Positions 36,676-46,740 of a stretch of 64,000 nucleotides of DNA are shown piece after piece. Numbering within the stretch: the first letter of the stretch is position 1; each line of letters starts with the position of its first letter. The translations under genes were made by a program, and so were the position numbers. The notes beneath the pieces are model-generated. The model did not search any database, had not been told where the DNA came from, and was given only the letters and a program-made list of their open reading frames with translations. The stretch comes from Candidatus Poriferihabitaceae bacterium (GTDB lineage Bacteria > Pseudomonadota > Gammaproteobacteria > Arenicellales > Poriferihabitantaceae), in assembly GCA_965209105.1 (NCBI GenBank), contig CBDBQB010000015.1, positions 1,448-65,447 on the forward strand. Direction: 5' to 3'.

Positions 36676-39198
36676 ATGTCAGATGTCAAGATCAAAGAGT
36701 TTGCAACGCAAATCGGCCTGCCGGTTGAGCGTTTGCTTGATCAGCTAAAGAACGCAGGTATTACTGGAAAGAAAGCCTCAGATAGTCTGGCCGACGATGA
36801 GAAGAAAAAATTTCTGATGCATTTACAAAATGCTTCAGCGAATGCCAAGCCAAAAATGAGTTTAAATAGTCGCAAGAGCAGCGAGGTACGGCAAACCACG
36901 CGCACCGGTGCAGCAAAGGCTGTGCAGGTCGAAGTTCGAAAAAAGCGACATGTATTATCCCCTGCAGCAGCGCAAGATCAGTCAGCAGAATTAGCACGTC
37001 TTGAAGCTGAAAAAAAGCAGCGTGAGCTTGATCGTGCTAAAGCGGATGAAACCCGCAAAACTCATGCGGATCGCTTGACTGCGGAAAAAGCAGCAGAACA
37101 AACAAAACGCAACAAGGAAGAAGAAGATTCTCGTCAACGCGCCTTGGATGAAGAACAAAAACGCCAAGTTGCGGCGGATACTTTAGAGGCAGAAGACAAG
37201 GCGGAAAAGGCGAAAAAGCAAGCCGATAAAAATCAAGGTAAAGAGACAAGTAAAACTGACGCAGCACCTGCACCGACAGGTAAAAATACAAAGGCCGACG
37301 CTAAAAAAGATTTATCTGGCTCAAAACTGCACGTTCGTCGCCAACACAGAGGCAATGTTAAGCGCCCTAAACCTGTTAGACGGCGGAAAAATTTGCAATC
37401 TAGCATGGCCGATCAGCACGTATTTGAAAAACCGACTGAGCCGGTGGTGCATGATGTGGATGTGCCCGAAACGATTACAGTGGGCGAGTTGGCGGCGAAG
37501 ATGTCGGTGAAAGCGGCCGAAGTGATTAAAACGATGATGGCAATGGGTTCGATGGCGACCATTAACCAAGTCATCGATCAAGACACCGGAATATTGGTGG
37601 TTGAAGAAATGGGTCACAATGCGAGGGCCGCCGACCCCATTTCACCCGAAGCAGATTTGATCGAAGAAGAAGCTGACGAGCGCGAGCAAGTTTCGCGTGC
37701 ACCCGTTGTGACGGTCATGGGTCATGTTGATCACGGCAAAACCTCGATCCTCGACTATATTCGCAAAGCCAAAGTCGCCTCGGGCGAAGCAGGCGGCATT
37801 ACTCAGCATATTGGCGCCTACCGTGTTTCGACCGAAAATGGCGATATTTGCTTCCTCGATACGCCTGGCCACGAAGCGTTTTCAGCCATGCGCGCGCGCG
37901 GTGCGAAAGTCACCGACATCGTTATTTTGGTGGTGGCTGGCGATGACGGCGTGAAGCCGCAAACCATCGAAGCGATTAATCATGCTAAAACATCTGAAGT
38001 GCCGATCATTGTCGCCATCAATAAGATGGACAAAGAAGGTGTGGATGTCGATAGAGTTAAGCAAGAATTAGCCAATCAAGAAGTTGTGCCCGAAGATTGG
38101 GGAGGAGATACCCTGATGGTGGAAGTTTCGGCTCATACTGGACAAGGTATAGAAGAGTTACTTGAATCAATCGTACTGCAAGCCGAAATATTGAGTTTAA
38201 CCGCACCAGATTCGGGTGTTGGCTCGGGTGTTGTGATCGAAGCACGGATGGAAAAAGGGCGAGGTACGGTGGCGACTATTTTAGTCAAAAAAGGCCAACT
38301 GAATAAAGGCGATATCGTGTTGGTCGGTCGAGAGTATGGTCGCGTGCGCGCGATGCTCAGTGATACTGGTGAAACGGTGATCAGCGCTGGCCCGTCGACA
38401 CCTGTCGAGATTCAAGGCTTGTCTGGCGTACCTCTCTCCGGTGATGAATTATTGGTCGTTGAAAGCGAACGCCGAGCGCGTGAAGTTGCCACCAACCGCG
38501 AAAGTCATTACAAAGAAATCAAAATGGCCAAGCAGCAAAAGGCCAAACTTGAAAATATGTTTAACCAAATGGAAGAGGGCGAAGTTAAATCTCTCAATCT
38601 CATTATTAAAGCGGATGTTCAGGGCTCGGTTGAGGCACTAAGCGATACGCTAGAGAAACTCTCAAACGAAGAAGTGCGCGTTAAAGTAGTGCATGCAATG
38701 GTCGGCGGGATCAATGAATCTGACGTCAACCTTGCGATGGCCTCTGATGCGATTATGGTTGCGTTTAATGTGCGTGCAGACAATGCTTCAAAAAAGCTGA
38801 TGGCGAGCGAAGGCGTGGATGTACATTATTACAGCATTATTTACGATGTGGTGGATGATGTAAAAGCTTCGATATCTGGCATGTTGTCACCGATTCTACG
38901 CGAAGAATTTGTTGGAACGGTTGAAGTTCGAGAGGTGTTCCATGTTCCAAAAGTAGGCTCAATATCGGGCTGTTATGTGGTGGATGGCTACGTCAAGCGT
39001 AGCTTGCCGGTACGCGTATTGCGCGATAATGTGGTGATCTTTGATGGTCAAATTGATTCGCTGCGCCGTTTTAAAGATGACGTCAATGAAGTTAAATCGG
39101 GTTATGAATGTGGTATCGGTATTAAGAACTATAACGATGTCAAAGAAGGTGATCAGATCGAAGTTTATCAAGTGATCGAAGAGCAGGCCACGCTGTAG
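36676..39198 (+). CDS. infB: translation initiation factor IF-2
   Basis: 840 aa with a charged N-terminal region and the G domain ([26 protein letters not shown]). Confidence 0.96.
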   Translation: MSDVKIKEFATQIGLPVERLLDQLKNAGITGKKASDSLADDEKKKFLMHLQNASANAKPKMSLNSRKSSEVRQTTRTGAAKAVQVEVRKKRHVLSPAAAQDQSAELARLEAEKKQRELDRAKADETRKTHADRLTAEKAAEQTKRNKEEEDSRQRALDEEQKRQVAADTLEAEDKAEKAKKQADKNQGKETSKTDAAPAPTGKNTKADAKKDLSGSKLHVRRQHRGNVKRPKPVRRRKNLQSSMADQHVFEKPTEPVVHDVDVPETITVGELAAKMSVKAAEVIKTMMAMGSMATINQVIDQDTGILVVEEMGHNARAADPISPEADLIEEEADEREQVSRAPVVTVMGHVDHGKTSILDYIRKAKVASGEAGGITQHIGAYRVSTENGDICFLDTPGHEAFSAMRARGAKVTDIVILVVAGDDGVKPQTIEAINHAKTSEVPIIVAINKMDKEGVDVDRVKQELANQEVVPEDWGGDTLMVEVSAHTGQGIEELLESIVLQAEILSLTAPDSGVGSGVVIEARMEKGRGTVATILVKKGQLNKGDIVLVGREYGRVRAMLSDTGETVISAGPSTPVEIQGLSGVPLSGDELLVVESERRAREVATNRESHYKEIKMAKQQKAKLENMFNQMEEGEVKSLNLIIKADVQGSVEALSDTLEKLSNEEVRVKVVHAMVGGINESDVNLAMASDAIMVAFNVRADNASKKLMASEGVDVHYYSIIYDVVDDVKASISGMLSPILREEFVGTVEVREVFHVPKVGSISGCYVVDGYVKRSLPVRVLRDNVVIFDGQIDSLRRFKDDVNEVKSGYECGIGIKNYNDVKEGDQIEVYQVIEEQATL

Positions 39199-39215
39199 GC
39201 TGTGGGCTAAATACC

Positions 39216-39554
39216 ATGTCTAAATCTGATCGAAGTCGCCGCGTTGCTGAGCAAATCAAGCGACACCTTTCTGTGCTGATTAACAAAGAGGTGTCTGATC
39301 CGCGTTTAGGCATGGTCGGTATCAGCGCGGTCACTTTAAGCAAAGACTATAAAGCGGCGACGGTTTATATCAACGTGTTCAAAGACGAGCAAATCAAAGA
39401 AAGTATGGAGGCACTGCAAAGCGCAGCGGGTTTTTTACGCGGCCAATTAAGCCAAAGTTTGAATCAGCGCGGAACACCAAAGTTAGTTTTTAAACACGAC
39501 ACTTCAATCAAAGAGGGCATTGCGCTCTCTAATCTGATCGATTCCGTTCAGTAA
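39216..39554 (+). CDS. rbfA: ribosome-binding factor A
   Basis: RVAEQIKRHLSVLI...DPRLG...ISAV.LSKDYK.A.VY is the RbfA pattern. Confidence 0.93.
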   Translation: MSKSDRSRRVAEQIKRHLSVLINKEVSDPRLGMVGISAVTLSKDYKAATVYINVFKDEQIKESMEALQSAAGFLRGQLSQSLNQRGTPKLVFKHDTSIKEGIALSNLIDSVQ

Positions 39555-39581
39555 CACAAACAAGCAAGGGTTAAATATCGT

Positions 39582-40496
39582 ATGGGTCGGCGCAGCAAGC
39601 GTAAAGGCGAACCAATAGATGGCGTACTTTTATTAGACAAGCCTGCCGGAATGACCTCCAACAAGGCGCTACAGAAATGCCGATATTTGTTGAACGCGCA
39701 AAAGGGCGGACATACTGGCGCACTCGACCCACTTGCGACGGGCTTGCTACCCTTATGTTTCGGGCAGGCAACCAAGATATCTAGCTTCGTATTGGGCAGG
39801 GATAAAACCTATCAAGTCAGCGCGATATTGGGTCAGACCACCGATACGGGCGACGCAGATGGTAAAGTGCTCGAAACGCAAATTGTCGAGGCGTCCCAAG
39901 AAGATGTTGTTAAAGCGATGAAACAATTTATCGGGGAATATGAGCAAATCCCGCCGATGTATTCCGCGCTTAAGGTCAACGGTCAACCCCTATACAAGCT
40001 CGCGCGACAGGGCATTGAAATCGAGCGAGAAGCACGTCGTGTCAGCGCATACGACATACGTTTTGTGAGTCTTGACCATAAAATATTGACGTTTGAAGTC
40101 GACTGCTCCAGCGGCTTTTATGTGCGTTCCTTGGTTGAAGATATCGGTAAAGTTTTAGGCTGTGGTGCACATGTCAAAACCTTGCGACGCACAAAAATCG
40201 GAGATATTGGGCTTGAGGATACGTGCACGATAGCTGAGTTTGAAGGCATCAAGTCCAATGATGTACGCGTCGCTAAATTAATCGCGGCAGACCGGCTCAT
40301 TCAGGAATTTACAAAGGTCAGTCTTAACGCCGAGCAAAGTGCAGATTTACACCATGGAAGGTTGATTGAGTTGGATGCGAAGTTAGAATCTAAAAATGAC
40401 GAATGGATAAGAATTTACGGGCCCGATGCGATGTTTTTAGGGCTGGGGAAAATTGATGAAGAAGGTCGCTTAGCACCTAAGCGCTTGTTTGTTTGA
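39582..40496 (+). CDS. truB: tRNA pseudouridine(55) synthase
   Basis: DGVLLLDKPAGMTSN...GHTGALDPLATGLLPLCFG contains the catalytic Asp motif. Confidence 0.95.
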   Translation: MGRRSKRKGEPIDGVLLLDKPAGMTSNKALQKCRYLLNAQKGGHTGALDPLATGLLPLCFGQATKISSFVLGRDKTYQVSAILGQTTDTGDADGKVLETQIVEASQEDVVKAMKQFIGEYEQIPPMYSALKVNGQPLYKLARQGIEIEREARRVSAYDIRFVSLDHKILTFEVDCSSGFYVRSLVEDIGKVLGCGAHVKTLRRTKIGDIGLEDTCTIAEFEGIKSNDVRVAKLIAADRLIQEFTKVSLNAEQSADLHHGRLIELDAKLESKNDEWIRIYGPDAMFLGLGKIDEEGRLAPKRLFV

Positions 40497-40665
40497 CTAC
40501 TTTGGCGTACATCAAATGAAATTCAGTGAGGCGCGCAGATGAAGTATAAATTCTTGTCGCGCTAGATTTAGTTTTGGCTTTAATTTGATTCCTTGAATTC
40601 TTGTGCAAAGTTTGCTGCTATAAAGAAGGCAAGTTGGACTGCCGTTGGTATGACTGATACGCCAC

Positions 40666-41712
40666 TCAATCCAATGGAACCTGGAGGCGCGTGTTTTCGG
40701 CAAATATGCCTCCGCGATTACCAATTTCTACTGTCCCAAATCGTTCGCTAAATACTGGCGGTAAGGGTCTGTCATTGGGAGCACTTAACCATAAGCGCAA
40801 TAGATGACGACGCTTGTTTGGTTCTGGCCAATCGATAAATGAACCCCTGTCATGTAGCATACTGTGGTTATAAACAAATTGTATATCTCCGGGTTGCAAC
40901 TGCATTGAAATATTCAAGGTTTTGTCATTCGCCAAATAATCAAAAAGATCGAGCGCTTCGATATGACGCGAACTTAAAATAGGCACACCTTGAAATCTTT
41001 GCGCCGAATCGATGTATTGGCGTTGATAAATAACAGTCAATTTCCCTTCGTACCAATTAAAAACGGGGATAGAAAAATAGGGTTTTTCCCCAGCCCTTAT
41101 TTCACCCCTTTTGTCCGTCCCGATAGGCTGAAACAGCAATTCTATTAGATCAGGCCTTAGCCTCAACATTTCGTTGTAAATAGTCTCAGCGCTCACTAAT
41201 AAAGACTCGCCGCCTGATTGGGCTGTCTGTAAGCAATACAATGCCACGATATCAGCGCTATCAGTATGGAATGTTTGCCTTTCATTTGTTTGGTATATTC
41301 GAGTATTGGTGTCATTCACGTCAGCCCCTACATTTCTGACATGGCCTAATAGATGCCCCGCTGCATTTTGTGATCGAGGCGAGCCCAAATGAGAGCCTAA
41401 GCCCATGAACAATACTGCAATTTCTTTTCTTGAGAGCTGCGAATGATCCAATCCGCGAATCAATTTGAAGCCAATTCCATTGGTCAAATCATTTTTAATT
41501 TCCGCTAACCTTGTCGCGAGTCTTGGTAGTTGAAAGCTTAATTTGGATATTCTCTCTAGTGGCTCGCTTGATTGTAAAAATTGTTGTGCGGCGCTTCTAA
41601 GTTCACGAATGTCAGCTATGGTAAGTTCCCATGTCCATAATTCAGCTTTTGATTCGATTTGAGGACCTTTCCACGCTGCCGCGGTATCGAGTATGGGAGG
41701 CAAGTCAGGCAT
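40666..41712 (-). CDS. TauD/TfdA (clavaminate-synthase-like) Fe(II)/2-oxoglutarate dioxygenase family protein
   Basis: 348 aa. FHTDSADIV (HxD facial-triad motif), GGESLLVS, and the distal His in NHSMLHDRGSF. Confidence 0.7.
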   Translation of the reverse strand: MPDLPPILDTAAAWKGPQIESKAELWTWELTIADIRELRSAAQQFLQSSEPLERISKLSFQLPRLATRLAEIKNDLTNGIGFKLIRGLDHSQLSRKEIAVLFMGLGSHLGSPRSQNAAGHLLGHVRNVGADVNDTNTRIYQTNERQTFHTDSADIVALYCLQTAQSGGESLLVSAETIYNEMLRLRPDLIELLFQPIGTDKRGEIRAGEKPYFSIPVFNWYEGKLTVIYQRQYIDSAQRFQGVPILSSRHIEALDLFDYLANDKTLNISMQLQPGDIQFVYNHSMLHDRGSFIDWPEPNKRRHLLRLWLSAPNDRPLPPVFSERFGTVEIGNRGGIFAENTRLQVPLD

Positions 41713-41948
41713 ATACTTTAAATTTTAGAATTGCAGAGCGTTAAGATAATGCCTGAGTTTTCTAGACACTGATAGCCTATCAATGCAGCGCCTCTAGAAT
41801 GTAATGACTTTGCATCCGGCTTAGTATAACTATTTGCTTGAGAATTCCAATTAAACTGAGCGGCATGAGGCTTTACCCTTGCATTGAGTTAATTTTTTTT
41901 AGTTTAGTTTTCTTGCGTTCAGCTGTGCTGTCTGTATGATCTTAGGCT

Positions 41949-42758
41949 ATGATTGATACACTCAATACTGATGTAGAACCTTACCTTCGCCTAGGTGTTT
42001 TTATAGGTATTCTACTGCTGATGATCCTGCTGGAATTTATAATTCCTCGGCGTGATGCGCAGTTCCGTGCCCGACGTTGGCCAGCGAATTTAGGCTTAGT
42101 GGTGTTGAATACGCTGGTAGTGCGTTTGATATTGCCGGGTGCGACCGTTGCCACCGCGATTTGGGCGAGCGCGCATAACATTGGGCTATTGAACTGGCTG
42201 CCTGTCCCTGGGGCGGTGTCGTTTGTATTGGCAGTGGTGATATTGGATTTAATTATATATTGGCAACACCGCTTTTCACATAGTATCCCTATGCTCTGGC
42301 AATTTCATCGTTTACATCATGCCGATACGATGATCGATGTGACCACGGGCTCGCGATTTCATCCTGTCGAGATTGTGTTTTCGACGCTCGTTAAGTTGCT
42401 GGCGATTGTGATACTTGGCGCTTCTGTCTGGGCGGTGATTATTTTTGAAGTATTGCTCAATGCGACGGCCATGTTTAACCACAGCAATATTAGGCTACCC
42501 TTGGGCTTCGATCGCATGATGCGAAAGCTAATTGTTACGCCGGACATGCACCGTGTGCATCATTCCATCTACGCGGCCGAGTTTAATCAAAATTTTGGCT
42601 TTAATTTGTCTTTATGGGATTACTGGTTTCAAAGCTATATCGCGCAGCCCAAGAAGGGACACATAGAAATGCAGATTGGTCTGCCGTATTTTCGGGAAGA
42701 TACGGAAAAGTCGTTAAGCAAGATGTTGACTCAGCCGATGCGTTCGCCCACTGATTAG
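41949..42758 (+). CDS. fatty-acid hydroxylase / sterol desaturase superfamily membrane di-iron oxygenase
   Basis: Polytopic. Histidine boxes HRFSH, HRLHH and HRVHH have the characteristic spacing. Confidence 0.8.
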   Translation: MIDTLNTDVEPYLRLGVFIGILLLMILLEFIIPRRDAQFRARRWPANLGLVVLNTLVVRLILPGATVATAIWASAHNIGLLNWLPVPGAVSFVLAVVILDLIIYWQHRFSHSIPMLWQFHRLHHADTMIDVTTGSRFHPVEIVFSTLVKLLAIVILGASVWAVIIFEVLLNATAMFNHSNIRLPLGFDRMMRKLIVTPDMHRVHHSIYAAEFNQNFGFNLSLWDYWFQSYIAQPKKGHIEMQIGLPYFREDTEKSLSKMLTQPMRSPTD

Positions 42759-42773
42759 ACCCCTTAGACCACA

Positions 42774-43676
42774 GTGATTAAAAGTAATCCCCCCAAGTGG
42801 TTTGATTTGCAGAATGCTGAGGCATATTTGGCTTGGCGAGCACAAAAGCTGGAACCTTACCCGGTTCACTTTGATCAAATCAAGATACGGGTAAACGATG
42901 CGCGTGCCTTGAGCCAGATCGAGAAGCAGGCTCTGCAAGAGAAGCTGGATCAATACAATATGGCGGTCTATCAATGCACAGATTTAAGCGAAAACAAGTC
43001 GATCCCAGTTGAAGTCGGTCGCTTATTTGGTTTAGAAAGTCTAGATGCGAATCTCGCGGCGGGTGAAGATGCAATCAGTGAGATTCAGATTGATTCAACC
43101 GAGGCGCAAGCGCGCTATATTCCGTACACGCCCAGCAAACTAAGCTGGCATAGCGATGGCTACTACAATGCTATGGATAAGCAGATTCGCGCAATGAGTA
43201 TGCATTGTGTTCGACCCGCCAAAGCGGGGGGCGAAAACGCGTTGTTAGACCCTGAAATAGCTTATATCTATTTGCGTGATATTAATCCGAAATTTATCAT
43301 AGCCTTAACTGAGCCTGATGCGATGACCATTCCTGCAAATGAAGTGAATGGCCGGATTGTAAGGGCAGCACAAACTGGGCCGGTGTTTAGTTTTGATCCG
43401 AACGGTTATTTACACATGCGCTATACCGCACGGACGCGTAGCATTGAGTGGAAGGCGTCGCCGACACTTAACAAAGCGGTTGCCGCACTGAATGAGCTGC
43501 TTGAGTACGGCAATGATTTCGGTCTTAAGTGGATCATACGCGGCCGTCTAGAAGCCGGAGAAGGCTTGATTTGCAATAATGTGCTGCATAATCGCAGCGC
43601 CTTCAAAGACGATGCGCGCGCGCCGCGGCTGTTGTATCGTTTAAGATACTACGAGCGCGCACCCACCGCATCTTAG
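42774..43676 (+). CDS. TauD/TfdA-like Fe(II)/2-oxoglutarate dioxygenase family protein (second, divergent paralogue)
   Basis: WHSDGYY (HxD), AGGENALLD and VLHNRSAF (distal His/Arg). GTG start 15 nt after the hydroxylase stop. Confidence 0.65.
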   Translation: MIKSNPPKWFDLQNAEAYLAWRAQKLEPYPVHFDQIKIRVNDARALSQIEKQALQEKLDQYNMAVYQCTDLSENKSIPVEVGRLFGLESLDANLAAGEDAISEIQIDSTEAQARYIPYTPSKLSWHSDGYYNAMDKQIRAMSMHCVRPAKAGGENALLDPEIAYIYLRDINPKFIIALTEPDAMTIPANEVNGRIVRAAQTGPVFSFDPNGYLHMRYTARTRSIEWKASPTLNKAVAALNELLEYGNDFGLKWIIRGRLEAGEGLICNNVLHNRSAFKDDARAPRLLYRLRYYERAPTAS

Positions 43677-43715
43677 GCAAAGAGCGCGCGTATCCGCGTG
43701 TTCTAGCGGCTCTGG

Positions 43716-46109
43716 CTATTTGTTTCCGTCGACTTCAGCAGGCACTGCTTTAGGGTTTGATTTAACATTCCCTTCAGTTGATTGCTTGGTGCTTGTTTTT
43801 TTCTTGCTCGCGCGCTTTTTACGAACAGGTGTTTTACGGTCTGATGAATTGGCATCAGCCCTTGGCTTGGCAGGGCGTCTTGCTGGACGTTTATCAGGCG
43901 ATGCCGAAGGCTTGCTAGCGGGTTGGCTTTGAGCGTCACTATTTTCTTGTTGAGGCATTTGACTGCTTTCTGTATTGCTATCCGCCTGTTTGCGCGGACG
44001 GCCTCGACCGCGGTTGGGCTTATCACTTCCCTCAGTGCTGGGTGGCTTACTGTCAGAGGTTTGCGCTGATGATGAGGGGTCTTTTGATGGCTGATTCATG
44101 TTCTGATCAGCGTTTGCTTGGTTTTCCTTGGATTGATTATTATTGTTGCGTCGACGATTAACCCCACCCCGACGGCGGCGATTATTTGAATTACCGCGGC
44201 TATTTCCTTGCCCGCCTCGATTATTATTTCGGGGCTGACGCCGACCGCTACTTGAGCGCTGAGGCCTGTTTTGATTCTCTTGCGGTGCTTCTGCTTCAGT
44301 GATATTTCCGTCTGCTTCTGACGGTGTTTCATTGCCTTCTACTGCATCGACTGCTTTGCCTTTAATGGTTTTCCATAAACGTTTAATTAGCCCTTTGTCA
44401 GAATCCACATTGCTTTGGGCAACGCCTGCTGCCTTAGCCGCGGTAGCTCCCGCTTTGGTCGAGGCTGTTTTTGGTGCAGTGCTGGGCGGTGGGGTTGAGG
44501 GTGTCATTTGGTCAAAACCTATGACGGGTTTTTCAGGCTTAGGCTTGCGGCCTGTGATGTCCTTAAATTCCTCGTATTTATCAGTATCGAGGCTCAGCTC
44601 GTGACTAGGCTTGCTGGGGTTTTCATCGAGTTCATTGCTGCGCAGCCGTTTGATCTCGTAATGAGGGCTTTGCATGTCACTACTTGGAATCACCACCACG
44701 CGTGTCGCAAGACGAGATTCCAACTGCATGAGTTCGCGGCGCTTCTCGTTCAAAATGTAGGCAGCTGTGTTGACAGGTAAGAAGACTTGTAAAGATTCTG
44801 TATTTTCCTTCAGCGCTTCTTCCTCGATGATGCGAAGTAAACTTAAAGAACCGGAAACGATACTACGGATATGTCCAGTGCCTTCGCAGCGCGGGCAAGT
44901 GTGATAATTGGAGTCGCCAATCGATGCGCGAATTCTCTGGCGTGACATTTCGAGCAACCCGAAGCGGGAAATGCGGCCGACTTGTACGCGTGCGCGATCA
45001 TGGCTGAGCGCGTTTTTAAGACGCGTTTCTACTTTGCGTTGATTTTGAGTAGAACTCATGTCGATTAAGTCAAGCACCAACAAGCCGCCTAAGTCGCGAA
45101 TTCTTAATTGTCGGGCGATTTCATCGACTGCTTCAAGATTGGTGTTGAGTGCTGTTTCCTCAATATCGCTACCTTTGGTCGCACGCGCTGAGTTGACGTC
45201 AATGGAGATCAGTGCTTCTGTATGGTCAATGACCACTTCGCCGCCTGAGGGTAATTGCACTTCTCGAGAAAATGCTGATTCGATTTGGTTTTCGATTTGA
45301 AAGCGCGAAAATAGCGGAGTGCTGTCTTCGTGCATTTTAAGCTTAGGGAGGTTTTTCGGCATGACTTGTGAGACGAAACGCGAGGCGCGCTCAAACATCT
45401 CTTTGTCGTCAATGATCAATTCCTGCACATTGCTATTGAGATGATCGCGGATTGCGCGAACCAGCAAATTGCTCTCTTGGTAAATCAGCGTCGGTGCTTT
45501 GCTGTTGGCGGAAGCGTCTTCAATCGCTGTCCATAATTGAATGAGAAATTCGTAATCCCATTTAAGCTCTTCATCAGTGCGACCAAGTGCTGCGGTTCTA
45601 GCGATCATCGCATGTTGCTTGGGCATATTGAGTGCATCAATTGCGCGCTTTAAATCAGTGCGTTGCTGACCTTCTACGCGACGTGAAATACCACCGCCTT
45701 TGGGATTGTTCGGCATCAATACTATGAATCGTCCGGCCAGACTGATAAAGGTGGTCAGCGCGGCGCCTTTATTGCCGCGTTCGTCCTTTTCGACTTGAAC
45801 GATCAGCTCTTGGCCTTCTTTGATCACATCCTTAATATTGACCTTCGATAAAGGCGTTTTAGAGGAATAGTTTTGGAAGTAGCCGCGGTAAATTTCTTTA
45901 AAGGGTAGAAAGCCGTGGCGGTCTGTGCCGTAGTTGATAAAACAGGCTTCGAGGCTGGGCTCTACGCGCGTGACAACGGCTTTATAAATATTGCCTTTAC
46001 GTTGTTGGCGTACGGCAGATTCGAGGTCTAAATCTAGGAGTTTTTGTCCATCGACAATCGCAACGCGCAATTCTTCTGCATGTGTTGCATTAAATAGTAT
46101 TCTTTTCAT
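43716..46109 (-). CDS. rne: ribonuclease E
   Basis: MKRILFNATHAEELRVAIVDGQKL... forms the S1/5'-sensor/DNase I-like catalytic N-terminal half, with the CPRCEGTG Zn-link. The C-terminal half is an Arg/Asn/Pro-rich low-complexity scaffold. Confidence 0.95.
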   Translation of the reverse strand: MKRILFNATHAEELRVAIVDGQKLLDLDLESAVRQQRKGNIYKAVVTRVEPSLEACFINYGTDRHGFLPFKEIYRGYFQNYSSKTPLSKVNIKDVIKEGQELIVQVEKDERGNKGAALTTFISLAGRFIVLMPNNPKGGGISRRVEGQQRTDLKRAIDALNMPKQHAMIARTAALGRTDEELKWDYEFLIQLWTAIEDASANSKAPTLIYQESNLLVRAIRDHLNSNVQELIIDDKEMFERASRFVSQVMPKNLPKLKMHEDSTPLFSRFQIENQIESAFSREVQLPSGGEVVIDHTEALISIDVNSARATKGSDIEETALNTNLEAVDEIARQLRIRDLGGLLVLDLIDMSSTQNQRKVETRLKNALSHDRARVQVGRISRFGLLEMSRQRIRASIGDSNYHTCPRCEGTGHIRSIVSGSLSLLRIIEEEALKENTESLQVFLPVNTAAYILNEKRRELMQLESRLATRVVVIPSSDMQSPHYEIKRLRSNELDENPSKPSHELSLDTDKYEEFKDITGRKPKPEKPVIGFDQMTPSTPPPSTAPKTASTKAGATAAKAAGVAQSNVDSDKGLIKRLWKTIKGKAVDAVEGNETPSEADGNITEAEAPQENQNRPQRSSSGRRQPRNNNRGGQGNSRGNSNNRRRRGGVNRRRNNNNQSKENQANADQNMNQPSKDPSSSAQTSDSKPPSTEGSDKPNRGRGRPRKQADSNTESSQMPQQENSDAQSQPASKPSASPDKRPARRPAKPRADANSSDRKTPVRKKRASKKKTSTKQSTEGNVKSNPKAVPAEVDGNK

Positions 46110-46470
46110 TTTTTAACCTGCATAGGATAAACCCATGCGAAACAGGTGTTTACGATCATCGTAAACGTATTAATCTAATGAAGAGAGCTGTAGGAAAGAT
46201 TGGCTGGACATTGCCTAGATAGGCCGTGTTTGAACCTTTGGATGGCAAAAATATCAGCCCAGATTTAAGCGCCTGTTTGCCATAATCATAGGTTTTAGGC
46301 CTATTGAGCAAGTGGCGAGTCGAAAATTAAGGGTCAGCCAAAATCCTCGGCGCCCGTTATTTCACTCGATCAGAGGTGAATATTTTTGTCAAATGAAAGC
46401 TGCCTTGGCAGCCTTCGGTGCGCTAAAGTCTTGGTCGTCGATATTCGACTGGATTTAGACTGAAGCGCTA
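46110..46470 (-). promoter_or_regulatory. long rne 5' leader (candidate autoregulatory UTR); extent approximate
   Basis: A 631-bp non-coding gap lies upstream of rne. It contains a perfect 9-bp-stem hairpin GTTTACGAT-C-ATCGTAAAC (46148-46166) and GCTGCC-TT-GGCAGC (~46393-46406). E. coli rne has a structured autoregulatory 5' UTR. Confidence 0.4.
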
Positions 46471-46740
46471 AATACTTTCTAAAAGCGATCTCTTCGCGTT
46501 ATTGTTCGTGCCTAAAGACACGGTTTAAGGGTTAAACGGAGATCAATTTAACTTAAGTGTGGGCTCTGAATCTAGTTGAGCCAAGATCATTCCTTTTAAC
46601 CAGCGCTAAATATACCAGCTTTATCGCTAATAAAACACCGAATAACAGCTTCAACAGATACTTTTTTCAAAGACTTAGAGTTCGATTATCTGATTGATTG
46701 TTCGCTATAATCCGACTTTTCTTGATCAAAATTAAAAAAT

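Noticed and set aside
43716-44400. The extremely Arg/Asn/Gly/Pro-rich C-terminal ~230 aa of RNase E (e.g. RRQPRNNNRGGQGNSRGNSNNRRRRGGVNRRRNNNN). I considered it as a possible separate gene or a repeat expansion.
   Set aside because: It is continuous in frame with the catalytic half. RNase E scaffolding domains are known to be disordered, Arg-rich and poorly conserved, and no nucleotide-level tandem repeat unit is evident.
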